Origin: Octopus bimaculoides
Lineage: Eukaryota
DNA: 64,000 nt
Direction: 5' to 3'
Assembly: GCF_001194135.2 (NCBI RefSeq)
Contig: NC_068993.1
Location: 36,289,551 to 36,353,550, forward strand
Shown: in pieces, positions 1 to 12,718 of the stretch
Numbering within the stretch: the first letter of the stretch is position 1
Layout of the letters: each line of letters starts with the position of its first letter
The notes under the pieces: model-generated
What the model was told of the DNA's origin: nothing
The model's database searches: none
The model's input: only the letters and a program-made list of their open reading frames with translations
Program-made: the position numbers and the translations under genes

Positions 1-715
1 AACAGTGATTTGTTATCTAATTATCTAATTATCTAATATATGGAATCCATCGAGCGAAACGTGTGGAGTCTTCATAAATTGTCATTAATTATTCCGTAAA
101 AGCAACCGAGATAACGACGCTCATAGAACAACGACCTCTTTATCCTTTTCGGTCTGTTGATTCAAGTTTTATTGGTGAATGGAGATCGCATGGGTGCTCA
201 CGTGATAGAACCTACTTTAAAAAGTGAAAATATATGTTACTTTAATTTGGAGATAAATTTTTTTAAATACTTTTTTTTTAATATTTTCTAATTAAAAGTT
301 CTTCCGAATCTACAATCAAAATATTTTTGATAATATATCATTTTAGTTTATATTTCGTTTTTTTTTCTTTTACTTTGTTTTTATTGTGCGTGCTAGAATG
401 TTGATATCTTCCATAGAACTTAACTCAGTAATTCCTAACCATTTCCATGCTCCACAACCCCAGGAATGCTTAATTCTTGCAACCCTCACAAAAGCAATGC
501 CACATTTGAAAGTGAAATAATTTTCTAGCAACTAATTAATTTTTATAATTAAAACTGTGTATAGAGCTGTGAGCAAACAAACTGATATTTGAAACATATT
601 TTAACTTGTTAATATTTTTTCACGGTAGTTTGCCGCGGAGAAAAAATTCTCGCTCAAAACAGATAGGTGTTAGAATACTTTAGTCAGCCCAGAGCGTCCT
701 ATATGGTTATATGAA

Positions 716-758
716 TTGGTGGGTGCATTTCGGACTCTTTAGTACTCCTCAAGACCAA
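716..758 (-). ncRNA. Degenerate type I hammerhead-ribozyme-like motif
   Basis: Minus strand reads TTGGT-CTTGAGGA-GTACT(AAAG)AGTCC-GAAA-TGCA-CCC-ACCAA. Stem I is TTGGT/ACCAA and stem II pairs 4 of 5 bp. The core is damaged near C3 and at U16.1. Confidence 0.4.
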
Positions 759-1179
759 GAGAGGCAATCTTGAGCTAACTGGAAATCGTTGTTTTCTTTA
801 TCAGAAATCTGTAAATATTATTTGCTGATTGCGCCTTAAACTTGTCACAAAGTATCAGTAATTCAAATGACTTTATATTATTACATACGACCGGTGCTAC
901 GAATGATCATTGCGCGATGCAGTGAAGGAGATTCTGAGCGGTCAGTCGACTTGAAAGACATATCGACCAATGTCATCGATCACAAACAATGTTGGCTATC
1001 AAGGTTGACATGGAACTAAACAACAATAGCAATGATGTCGTATCCATGTAGTTTAGGCCGATATTTCTTTTTTCTCACAGCCTCGTTTTCATCTTCCTCT
1101 AAACCCCACATGGGCAACCTTTTTCAAGAAGCAGGTTGCATGAAGCGGGGCTCATCATCAGGAAGGCCATGAACGGTAC

Positions 1180-1450
1180 TCCATCGGTTACGACAATGAG
1201 GGTTCCAGTTGATCCGATCAACGAAATAGCTTGCTCGTGAAATTAACGTGCAAGTGGCTGAGCACTCCACGTTAAAGTAGTTCTCAGGGAGATTCAGTGT
1301 GACACCGGTGACTAAGCTGGACCTTTGAATTACATGTACAACTCTTTTTTGCTGGGTGAGTGGACTGGTGCAACGTGAAATAAAGTGTCTTGCTCAAGTG
1401 CACAATGCGCCGCCGGGAATCGAACTCACGAGCTTACGCCCAGAAAGTCC
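1180..1450 (-). mobile_element. tRNA-derived SINE (family D), degenerate
   Basis: The minus strand has a tRNA-like head with B-box GAGTTCGATTCC. The body GGTTCCAGTTGATCCGATCAACG...GCTCGTGAAATTAACGTGCAAGTGGCTGAGCACTCCAC is shared with 6715-7385. Confidence 0.75.
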
Positions 1451-1499
1451 TGCGGACCGCTAGTTTCCCATCACTGCTCTAAAATATATGACTTTTGTG

Positions 1500-1655
1500 A
1501 CATGGCAAAGAAGCTCGTTTGCAACCACGGGAGTTCAGTCCCACTACGCGACCCTGGGCAAGTGTCTTCTGACGTATCCCAGGTTGGTCAATATTTTGTG
1601 AGTGAATTTGGTAGACGGAAACTGTGCATCTCTATGAAGCCATCGTATATACATA
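1500..1655 (+). mobile_element. tRNA-derived SINE (family A)
   Basis: GTTCAGTCCCACT...CTGGGCAAGTGTCTTC...TTGGTAGACGGAAACTG, shared with 2235-2410, 9545-9658, 20215-20370, 37545-37708 and 59695-59802. Confidence 0.75.
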
Positions 1656-2004
1656 CATAACGCGACGCATCCATTTCCAAGTAAGTTATATATATATATA
1701 TATAAAACTTACTTGGAAGCAGTATTAAATTAAAACCAGCTATATATCATATTTAATGTATATATACTGTTAATAAGCCAGTTATTGCTGTATTCATCCT
1801 AAGATAACATTTCTTAGGGACGTGCTGTGTTAAAAACATAACTATTGGAGAAAGACCAAAAATCGACCCATCAGTGGCTAGCGAGAACACCAGATGCAAT
1901 TTCGGCCTTTTGGAGCCTTGTCATAAAGTGTTCCCGTTGCCAGTCACATGCCTGGACGGAAATTTGTCACCTCCGAAACAAAAAGCTATAGATTCTAATT
2001 ATCT

Positions 2005-2215
2005 TTTTTACTTTTACTTGTTTCAGTCATGTGACTGTGGCCATGGTGGAGCACCGACTTTAGTCGAGCAAATCGACTCGAGAACTTATTCTTTGTAAGC
2101 CTAGTACTAATTCTATCAGTCTCTTTTGCTGAACTGCTAAGTTACGGGGACGTAAACACACCAGCATCGGTTGTCAAGCGATGTTGGGGGGACAAACACA
2201 GACACACAAACATTA
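2005..2215 (+). mobile_element. SINE-like dispersed repeat (family B)
   Basis: TTTTACTTGTTTCAGTCA...CTAAGTTACGGGGACGTAAACACACC. Copies at 7780-7960 (+), 20820-20970 (-) and 37080-37265 (+), each running into a microsatellite. Confidence 0.75.
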
Positions 2216-2234
2216 CACATACATACATATATAT

Positions 2235-2410
2235 ACATATATACGACAGGCTTCTTTCAGTTTCCGTCTAACAAATCCACTCACAAGGCTTTGGTCGGCC
2301 AGAGGGTATAGTAGAAGACACTTGCCCAAGGTGCCACGCAGTGGGACTGAACCCGGAATCATGTGGTTGGTAAGCAAGCTACTTACCACACAGCCACTCC
2401 TACGCCTATA
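2235..2410 (-). mobile_element. tRNA-derived SINE (family A), near full length
   Basis: Minus strand starts GGCGTAGGAGTGGCTGTGTGGTAAG (A-box-like), has GGGTTCAGTCCC (B-box-like) and ends GGAAACTGAAAGAAGCC plus a (TA/TG) tail. Confidence 0.8.
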
Positions 2411-3059
2411 TTAATTATTTTTATAAGCATTAAACTAATTTTTCCGATATTCTATTGCAATACTTGGACGTTCTGCCAAGAACTAAAAAGAACAAGTATG
2501 ACTTACTATTTCAAAAGTTGTACCTTTATGCAAGCTATCTGTTCTCTAGATGTGAAAACTTGTGGCTTATATCTCGGCACAAATAGACATTCGCCTTTAT
2601 ATATGAAGCTACGTGATGTGTGAAGGTGCAAGAACGTTAACATCGTGTTGTTATATGAGTGGTTGTACACTGTACAAACTGTCCGTGATTGTTATCGTTA
2701 ACAGCAACTCATTTCTGTCAAGTCTCATTTCAGTTCTGTGATGCACTTTTATCGACAATTTTTTATCTATTTACCAGAGGAAACATGTGTTTATCTACTA
2801 CTGACTGAATCTCATGTATCTGTTGACTGACTTCTTGTCCGTCAGTCTGTCAGTGAGTCTGGGTGTCTGTTTCTGTCTGTGAGTCTGTCTCTAAACCAAA
2901 TTTAGTGTGTTAATATTTGCTTGTTTCCTCGAAGCATTTGTTTTTTTCCATTTTGATAATGTTTTTCACACCATTTTGTTTCACACCTCACTGACATCAA
3001 CAAACAAAACATACTTTACAAAGATTGCTGAAAAACCCACGTCACACATTCTTTGATGT

Positions 3060-3200
3060 TGTTGTCGTTGTTCTTGTTTAACCCCAGGTAAGTTCTTATC
3101 CAATAGACTTATAATCAAAGATACTCAAGCCGTGATCATATCATTTTTTCAGGCCTAGTCCCTCTCAGGCTACAATATCCAACGAACGATCATGTAGAGT
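3060..3200 (-). mobile_element. Dispersed repeat (family G) ending in (AAC)n
   Basis: Degenerate match to 10290-10460, 21940-22145, 22190-22385 and 28190-28390 (AGAAATAACAGCCA...ATGGCTGGAATGCCTTT...GGGCTAAACAACAAC). Confidence 0.5.
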
Positions 3201-3329
3201 AGAGAGTCCTAGCCTGAGTTGTCTGTAATTTCTGGGATTATGTGAATGGCATTTCAAGGCCTGTGGCAATGATGGAAAGTATATAGTTTATTAAAATTGC
3301 ATTCTAGAATAAAATTATTATGGTATTTG

Positions 3330-3504
3330 ATGGGTTGAAAGACGCACGGGCATATGAGACGCATCCCAATTTCAGTGGCGCATATTCAGGGGAAAAAGAT
3401 TTACACGCATTAAGGCGTGTACTATTTAAAACAACTTCGCATACAGGACCCAGGATGATTTTATGAGACATATTTTAGTGTTTCTTATATGTCATCAAAT
3501 GCGG
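3330..3504 (+). mobile_element. Possible pogo/Tigger-type MITE right end
   Basis: Ends TCTTATATGTCATCAAATGCGG followed by TA, resembling pogo-family termini. No left TIR found. Confidence 0.3.
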
Positions 3505-4339
3505 TAATTAACTCTTTAAAGAAACGTTATTGTATTAAACATAACGACTTATTCTAGAAATGTTTTAACCCTTATGACATTATGACTAAGAACTGTGTCT
3601 TCATTCCATTTACAACGACAAACATACGTGAATCTGGATTTAGTTGCCTTTTATGGCTATTTGGTGCTCTACTAAATCACCTATGTTTCTTTTAATTATG
3701 AAATATTTCAAATATAAACAGAATGAATAATATATCATAAACATTAATTTTCCTGTAAATTGTTGTTACAGAAGTTGAAATTTAAAGTTTGTTTGTTGGA
3801 TAATGAGTACTGGAAACTTATCACTTTCCATCTGTAAAGAGAAAAAAAGCAAACAATTTCTTTCGGGTAAATACAGAAGTGTTTTTTAAAAAGGTTCTAA
3901 AAGATCTTTGATTGCTAATGGTCAAGGACTCTCGAGATTTGGTCTTCAAGAGCAAGGAACTTGAGATTTCAAATTAAAATCTTGTTTTTGTTATTAAATT
4001 CTATGATTCATATTTAAGAATATATTGAACTTGTATTTATGTCAACTACAACTGAAAGTAAAATCTTAATTTGCTTTAGCTTTCGCAATAACAATATCGT
4101 CTGTTTCCGCCGTCAGCTATCAAAGAGAGGAAATGAATAGTTTAGAGAAGCTGCGAAATTTACATAATTTTATTTCTCCGGCCAAATGAATAGTGCACCA
4201 ATAAACATCGAGATGTCTTTCAAACAAATATTTACCAATTATTAGAAAAAGCGAGACAGAATATTCGATTTATTGTTCTTTCTTTACTTTAAAACTCATT
4301 GCATCTCATCTTTCGCCATTATTCTCAATGTCTTTGTCT

Positions 4340-4378
4340 GATAGTCTCTCTTTTCTCACTCTCTCTCTCTCTCTTTCA

Positions 4379-4430
<52 letters not shown>

Positions 4431-4437
4431 ATCTATC

Positions 4438-4486
<49 letters not shown>

Positions 4487-4656
4487 CCTTAATGTCTCTC
4501 TTTCAGTCAATTTTCTTCTTCTTCTTCTTCTTCTTCTTCTTCTTCTTCTTCTTCTTCTTCTTCTTCTTCTTCTTCTTCTTCTTCCTCTTTTATCTCTGTC
4601 TAAGAAAGTCTGTCTATTTATTTGCTGTCTGATTGTCTCACTCTGTATTTGTCTAC

Positions 4657-4687
<31 letters not shown>

Positions 4688-4865
4688 TCTACCTATCTAT
4701 CTATCTATCTACCTATCTATTTATTCATTCCTCCATAGATAGATAGAGATACATACATACATACATACATACATACACACACACAAACATACATACATAC
4801 ATACATACATACATACATACATACATACATACATGCATACATACATATTATATAGCTACACAAAA
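4340..4865. repeat. Compound microsatellite (CT)n/(TATC)n/(CTT)n/(ACAT)n
   Basis: Read directly from the sequence. It explains the spurious ORF 4299-4742. Confidence 0.98.
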
Positions 4866-5016
4866 ACAGTCGTTACCGAAAAAGGTCATCAGTCACTTCG
4901 TCAAACTGTCGCAGGCAGCTAAGCCGGAACCTCGAAATATAGTCAAGCTTTTCTTTGACTACAAAATAGATATATCCTTAAAAAAATTTATTGACTCTTC
5001 AATTTAACATTTGACT

Positions 5017-5299
5017 GTCTTTATCTATATTATATATAAAACAGAGATGTGTGTGTAATCGCTTTTCACGTGAAACCGACTTCACCAAATGCTTCCATAC
5101 TTGTCATGCATGAATAATTTGACCTCGGATAAATCTTAGGCTCTTCATTTGATTTCTTTAATTAAAAATAAATAATATTGCTTTATATTTAAGATTCACT
5201 TCTTTAAAAAGGTTCCTCAATGTCAACTTCCGGTATTGACGTAACAACGACAAAAAGCTTCACTCTCTATTTTGTGTGTGAGTGTGTGTGTTCGTGTGT
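5017..5299 (+). mobile_element. Possible non-autonomous Helitron 5' portion
   Basis: Starts ATCTATATTATATATAAAACAGAGATGTGTGTG, the same architecture as 58925 (TC start, ATATATAAA, short TG/TCTG run). Runs into a gap. Confidence 0.3.
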
Positions 5300-6415
5300 N
5301 NNNNNNNNNNNNNNNNNNNNNNNNNNNNNNNNNNNNNNNNNNNNNNNNNNNNNNNNNNNNNNNNNNNNNNNNNNNNNNNNNNNNNNNNNNNNNNNNNNNN
5401 NNNNNNNNNNNNNNNNNNNNNNNNNNNNNNNNNNNNNNNNNNNNNNNNNNNNNNNNNNNNNNNNNNNNNNNNNNNNNNNNNNNNNNNNNNNNNNNNNNNN
5501 NNNNNNNNNNNNNNNNNNNNNNNNNNNNNNNNNNNNNNNNNNNNNNNNNNNNNNNNNNNNNNNNNNNNNNNNNNNNNNNNNNNNNNNNNNNNNNNNNNNN
5601 NNNNNNNNNNNNNNNNNNNNNNNNNNNNNNNNNNNNNNNNNNNNNNNNNNNNNNNNNNNNNNNNNNNNNNNNNNNNNNNNNNNNNNNNNNNNNNNNNNNN
5701 NNNNNNNNNNNNNNNNNNNNNNNNNNNNNNNNNNNNNNNNNNNNNNNNNNNNNNNNNNNNNNNNNNNNNNNNNNNNNNNNNNNNNNNNNNNNNNNNNNNN
5801 NNNNNNNNNNNNNNCTTGTGAGGATTTTCACGTAAATCATTTCTTTCATTTAATCCCCATTTTAATTTTCGTAAAAGTTTCCAAATACCAATGAGGCTTT
5901 TTGGCACATCTTCAATTTTCCCCATTCATGAGAGGCGCCCAGCCATCGTTCATCTGAGAGTCCATCTACAGAATGTCCTCAAATTTCTATACAGCATATT
6001 TTGCCTTTTTTTCTTCAAGTATATAAGCAACAATTTCATTCCCGAGCAACGCCGGGTGCCTCTGCTAGTATATAATACTACATAAAACAAGCGCACGCAC
6101 GCACACACAGACACGCGCACACACACATACATACATACATACATACATACATACCCGTCTGGAGCAAAGTATGACTGAACTTGGGATCTTGGAGAGAGGA
6201 TGCAAATCCTTAATTCATATGCTACAAATGGTCACGATATCTGGGACTATATAAATCTGCAAGACTTTAAGATCCAAAGGATGATGGTTAAAACAAGATA
6301 CTTTCCTTCCCAACCTTGCGACCATGTAGGTGGCCGGTCGAAATTTACTCTAAAATTAAAAAGAGAAAGTGAGTAACATGCATACGTATATATGTGTGTG
6401 TGCGTGTACATATAT

Positions 6416-6478
<63 letters not shown>

Positions 6479-6551
6479 CATGCATACATACATACATACA
6501 TACATACATACATACATACATACATACATACATACATACATACATACATAC

Positions 6552-6715
6552 ATAGTGAGAATTTACAAAAAACAAAAGACGAAGACGGGTGTGTAAACAA
6601 CAAACAGCTTAATGCTCAGGGAGTGAGAAATACTTTTGACAGAAAGGAACGCAGAAATAAACAGGGAGAGAAAATAGAAAAAAGGTTTAGTGGCTATACA
6701 TTGTTGTTGGCACTC
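6552..6715 (-). mobile_element. Penelope-like terminal repeat fragment (family F), hammerhead-like segment deleted
   Basis: AAAACAAAAGACGAAGACGGGTGTGTAAACAACAAAC...CAGAAAGGAACGCAGAAA matches 18415-18605, 33530-33722 and 45125-45275 but lacks GAGCGTAGGCTCGAAACG. Confidence 0.55.
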
Positions 6716-7385
6716 CGTCGCTTACGACGTCGAGGGTTCCAGTTGATCCTATCAACGGAACAGCCTGCTCGTGAAATTAACGTGCAAGTGGATGAGCACT
6801 CCACAGACACATGTACCCTTAACGTAGTTCTCGGGATATACAGCGTGACACAGTGTGACAAGGCTGACCCTTTGAATTACAGGCACAACAGAAACGGGAA
6901 GTAAGAGCGAGAGAAAGTTGTGGTGAAAGAGTACAGCAGGGTTCGCCACCATCCCCTGCCGGAGCCTCGTGGAGCNNNNNNNNNNNNNNNNNNNNNNNNN
7001 NNNNNNNNNNNNNNNNNNNNNNNNNNNNNNNNNNNNNNNNNNNNNNNNNNNNNNNNNNNNNNNNNNNNNNNNNNNNNNNNNNNNNNNNNNNNNNNNNNNN
7101 NNNNNNNNNNNNNNNNNNNNNNNNNNNNNNNNNNNNNNNNNNNNNNNNNNNNNNNNNNNNNNNNNNNNNNNNNNNNNNNNNNNNNNNNNNNNNNNNNNNN
7201 NNNNNNNNNNNNNNNNNNNNNNNNNNNNNNNNNNNNNNNNNNNNNNNNNNNNNNNNNNNNNNNNNNNNNNNNNNNNNNNNNNAGGTGTTTTCGCTCAATA
7301 AACTCACAACGCCCGGTCTGGGAATCGAAACCGCGATCCTATGACCGCGAGTCCGCTGACCTAACCACTGGGCCATTGCGCCTCA
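6715..7385 (-). mobile_element. tRNA-derived SINE (family D), full length across a gap
   Basis: Minus-strand head GGCGCAATGGCCCAGTGGTTAGG (A box) and GGTTTCGATTCCC (B box). Its 3' body matches 1180-1450. Confidence 0.8.
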
Positions 7386-7426
7386 CAGTGGCTATACATA
7401 CGTACGTACGTACGTACGTACGTACA

Positions 7427-7457
<31 letters not shown>

Positions 7458-7958
7458 TATTTGTGTCTGCTTCTATCTATAGGCGGTTTCTTGCTCTAGC
7501 AATCCTACATTTGTAGATTCTTATTGTCTTTGTAATCAGTGTATCAACAGTGTACAGTCCACTTAACGGTTTCTGCAGACAACAGAACAATCAGAACAGA
7601 TAACAATCAGAACACAACTTTATCAATACATTTTACTCGATTCTCTGTAAAGTATACATATGAAATTCTGAATGATCTTTCTTGGAAAAATCTTGACATA
7701 AGCAAAAGGTTGTTGGTGTGGGACATTGTATGGGGGTATCACATTTTCCTCGGTTGGTGGTGGTCTTTTTTCTTTTTTTTTCTTACTTGTTCGGTCATTT
7801 GATTGCGGCAATACTTGGACGCCGTCTTGAAGAGTTTTAGTGGAACAAATCGCCCCAAAACATTTTTTTTTAAACCTAGCACTTATCCTATCGGTCTCTT
7901 TTGCCGAACCGCCAGGTTACGGGGACGTAAACACACCAAATCGGTGTGGGGAACACAG

Positions 7959-8008
<50 letters not shown>

Positions 8009-8975
8009 GTACATATATATATTTATAAATACACCATATATATACATATATATACATACATACATATATATATANNNNNNNNNNNNNNNNNNNNNNNNNN
8101 NNNNNNNNNNNNNNNNNNNNNNNNNNNNNNNNNNNNNNNNNNNNNNNNNNNNNNNNNNNNNNNNNNNNNNNNNNNNNNNNNNNNNNNNNNNNNNNNNNNN
8201 NNNNNNNNNNNNNNNNNNNNNNNNNNNNNNNNNNNNNNNNNNNNNNNNNNNNNNNNNNNNNNNNNNNNNNNNNNNNNNNNNNNNNNNNNNNNNNNNNNNN
8301 NNNNNNNNNNNNNNNNNNNNNNNNNNNNNNNNNNNNNNNNNNNNNNNNNNNNNNNNNNNNNNNNNNNNNNNNNNNNNNNNNNNNNNNNNNNNNNNNNNNN
8401 NNNNNNNNNNNNNNNNNNNNNNNNNNNNNNNNNNNNNNNNNNNNNNNNNNNNNNNNNNNNNNNNNNNNNNNNNNNNNNNNNNNNNNNNNNNNNNNNNNNN
8501 NNNNNNNNNNNNNNNNNNNNNNNNNNNNNNNNNNNNNNNNNNNNNNNNNNNNNNNNNNNNNNNNNNNNNNNNNNNNNNNNNNNNNNNNNNNNNNNNNNNN
8601 NNNNNNNNNNNNNNNNNNNNNNNNNNNNNNNNNNNNNNNNNNNNNNNNNNNNNNNNNNNNNNNNNNNNNNNNNNNNNNNNNNNNNNNNNNNNNNNNNNNN
8701 NNNNNNNNNNNNNNNNNNNNNNNNNNNNNNNNNNNNNNNNNNNNNNNNNNNNNNNNNNNNNNNNNNNNNNNNNNNNNNNNNNNNNNNNNNNNNNNNNNNN
8801 NNNNNNNNNNNNNNNNNNNNNNNNNNNNNNNNNNNNNNNNNNNNNNNNNNNNNNNNNNNNNNNNNNNNNNNNNNNNNNNNNNNNNNNNNNNNNNNNNNNN
8901 NNNNNNNNNNNNNNNNNNNNNNNNNNNNNNNNNNNNNNNNNNNNNNNNNNNNNNNNNNNNNNNNNNNNNNNNNNN

Positions 8976-9056
<81 letters not shown>

Positions 9057-9508
9057 ATGTATGTATGTGTCTTTATCTGTGTGAGAGTGTTTCTTTGCGA
9101 TGAACAGCAGAAAAGCCACCTACCCCCTCTCTCCTTAAAGCTACGTATTCCTCACTCCCTTCTGTGTGTGTGTGTGTTGTATCAATGCATTTACGAAAGC
9201 ATATATACATACTGTATATGACAGCTGTAGTAACGTTATCATCCCATTTTCACCGCTGTTCTCGCCTTCACTAATATAAATCACCCTCTTTCTGTTACTA
9301 CCTTTCCTTCAGAATAATACATTTTGCAACCTTCACATTTTACATATAATTCGTCGAACGTTGCTGGGAAGCACATTATAGATTTTTATTGAAATCCAAT
9401 CAGCTTATTACTGAACTAGATGTTAGTGTAACATGTATGTAAAGTTTCGTGAATATTGGTTCGCAGTCTTAGGCACTAAGATGATAACAGACAAACACAG
9501 AAATTGCC

Positions 9509-9544
<36 letters not shown>

Positions 9545-9546
<2 letters not shown>

Positions 9547-9658
9547 GACGGGCTTCTTTCAGTTTCCGTCTGCCAAATCCACTCAGAAGGCTCCGGTCGG
9601 CCTGAGGCTATAGCAGACGACACTTGCCCAAGGTGCCATGCAGTGAGACTGAAACCGG
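9545..9658 (-). mobile_element. SINE family A, 5' part missing
   Basis: GGCACCTTGGGCAAGTGTC...GGAAACTGAAAGAAGCCCGTC on the minus strand. It abuts the poly(A) of the LINE fragment at 9660. Confidence 0.75.
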
Positions 9659-9659
9659 A

Positions 9660-10160
9660 TTTTTTTTTTACTTGCCGAGTGCGGCGGAGCGAGCAGTGCT
9701 CATGACCTCTGTAGTGCAGGACTGACAGAAGATGGTAGAGGCAACAAGGACGATGAGAGATGAAGAGATAGTACCCCATGATCATTGCAGGTCCTTCAAG
9801 ACCAGTGATCTTGATGCTGTTAATGTTCCGTTTTGATTGTTGTAGGTCAATAACGACAGGAAATACATGAGCAGGAGAGAAGTTCCAGAGGCATCAATGT
9901 TCCGGGGAGGATGAACGGGACATAATGGTTTTTGTTGGTTAGTGCGGAGCTGGTGGGGGATGCAACAAAAGTGATGAGAGGTAGAAAAACGAATAGGTTG
10001 GACAGGGTACGAGACCAACCAGCTTTGAGGAATAAAGGTTATATTAGTAGTAGCGATAAAGAAAACAAGAGAGAGGAGACAGTATTCATGTGGAGCCGGG
10101 ACTGGAGCGTATCTGCTAGTGATTTGATGTCAATCAGTCGAGTGGGTGCAGACTAGAGTG
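9660..10160 (-). mobile_element. CR1/Jockey-clade LINE 3' end, degenerate
   Basis: Frameshifted minus-strand translation gives ...LYRYY...LWN(S)LPAHVFPVVIDLQQ.K..INSI, typical of CR1-type ORF2 C-termini. A 3' UTR and an A-tail follow at 9660-9669. Confidence 0.6.
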
Positions 10161-10964
10161 TCATAGTCTTAATACCACAACTATCATTCTGTAATTCTTT
10201 AGGTTGACACCAAACAAGAATTATCCAGACACATACCACCCGTGTTGTATCAAGAGTCTGACATTTGCTGCTAACACTTCTGTATGTGGTCACTAGACGT
10301 ATTAGAAATAACAGCCATCTTTCTTTACAAATCATACACTACCATCTCTAAAAACAAAATACATATTGGTTAACGCTCTGAATATACTGTCTGAAAATAA
10401 GATGCAATTGTCATGGCTGGAATGCCTTTCACTTGGGGTTAAGCAACACGAACAATAACTAAGATTCTTTTGTTAAAACAATGTTAATTGATTTAATTAA
10501 TTGCTTGATAGACCATTCGTTGATGTTCTGTCACAGTAATCGTATACCTCCTTTATTGGCCTCTCATTACTGTTGCCAATAATTAATAGCAACAAAGATT
10601 GCTTTTTGGTATCAATACTGCGTCTGTCGCTATTAATTATTTTTTAATAAGCTTATTTGCGACATCAATGCCTGAAAAGATACTGAAATTTTACTGTCAG
10701 TAAGATTCGGTTATGTTGCTATCAAACGTCTGCCATTGTTGAGCCTGGGCAGATCAAAACCACGTGATATGGCAGTTCCAACACCCGTAACAGATGATTC
10801 TCGTCAACCAACGATATAAATATGTGTGCTTTTATGCACGATGCGTCCATATGAAAGATACTCTCTAGGTAAATAACGCGGTATTCGGTGTTCTGACATA
10901 ACATCCACATTAAATTGGATATAAAGATTGCCTTTTGGAATTAATACTGCTTCTATCGCTATCA

Positions 10965-11325
<361 letters not shown>

Positions 11326-12534
11326 TATTCAATACCAAAAATGATTAAATTACTATGTATATAAACACATAAGACAACTAATTGGCAGAGTCGCTAGAGC
11401 GTCGGATAGATTGGTTTGCAATAATTATTTAGGCTCTCAGCATTCAAATTCCGAGTGAGTCAACTTTACCTTTCATTCTTCTGGAGTCGATAGATAAGAT
11501 CTTAACCATGTACTGAGTCATGTATTCTCTTTCAGGAAGAAATCGGTTGTGGTCAGACCTGAAGAGGGATGAACTCTGTCAGATCTAAACAATGCCAAAC
11601 AAAAGCCGTATGTCACAACAACGTCCCTGTTACAGCATTAAGGTGTTGAGGTCTCAAGGCAAACAAAGCATATAAATACACAATCTCAAATTAGGTCTCC
11701 CCGTCATAAACTCTGACCATCGTCTCTCCGCTGCATGTCATCCATGTACCGCATATTATTTGTCCTGAAACTAGCTGTAAGAATTCCAAGCACTGAAAGC
11801 AGGTAGCATGAGATTCATGTCACTTTTGCAATTCATGAAAGGCTGCCCCACTTAACCCTTAAATGTAGTTTACAGGTAACTCATCTTCTGAAATGTTCCA
11901 TATAATCAAAGCTCACCTCTACACAAATCTGCGCTTTCTCTTTCTTTAAATGTTCCATGTAGGTCATTTTAACAATCTTTCAGTTCTTCGTTTGCTACAC
12001 GAAGAACTGTAAAAATCATAGAGGTCACAGTAGGCCCTAACTTGGACATACTCCTTGTCTTTCCATAACGTTAAATTTTGTTTTTAAGTTTTTATCTTTC
12101 ATTTTTCCCACTAGCCAAACGCTTCTTGTTTAACTCTTCCTCGGCCAGTTGGTGGCTGGTTGCCGGAAGTGGGAACGGGGTTGGTGTTTCAAGCGTCTCT
12201 GGATCTATAAATAGTGGTGCTCTAGAAACAGCTGCCTGTCAGACTTGCTGGTGTCGTTGTTGCTGAAAATGTCATCAGTTGAAGTGGATTCTTTACAGTA
12301 GCTCTTCGACAATTACAAAGTCATTATTTGATTTTATTCCATAGGTTTAACAGTTTCAAGGTCTCAGAACGACACATATACATACATACACATTATAAAG
12401 GATACGAGGGGTTTAGTACACTGGTGATATAAACGAATAAGTACGCTAAGTGCTATAATTGGTCATCCGTTAGGTTCCAAGTTCACAGCTGAGGCTGGAG
12501 CTAGGGATCCGTATTAGGCTTCCGTGTTAGCAGG

Positions 12535-12718
12535 TATACATTAGAGAAAAAGGACATAAAAAAATCAAGGCAGGACGAGTATCTCAAGTCATCTATAATA
12601 ATTTAATCAGGGTAAGGTTAAGTTGAAGTCTATTAACCTTACCCTAATTAAATTATCATAAATGACTTGAGATACTCGTCCTGCCTTGGTTTTTTATGTC
12701 CTTTTCCTCTAATATATA
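12535..12718. repeat. Long inverted repeat (87/86-bp arms, 11-nt loop)
   Basis: 12535-12621 is the reverse complement of 12633-12718 with 6 transitions and one 1-nt indel. Confidence 0.95.

Noticed and set aside
3772-3866. Possible exon with ATG (MSTGNLSLSICKEKKSKQFLS) between TTACAG| and |GTAAAT
   Set aside because: Splice-like signals of this quality are common by chance. There is no homology or partner exon I can support.
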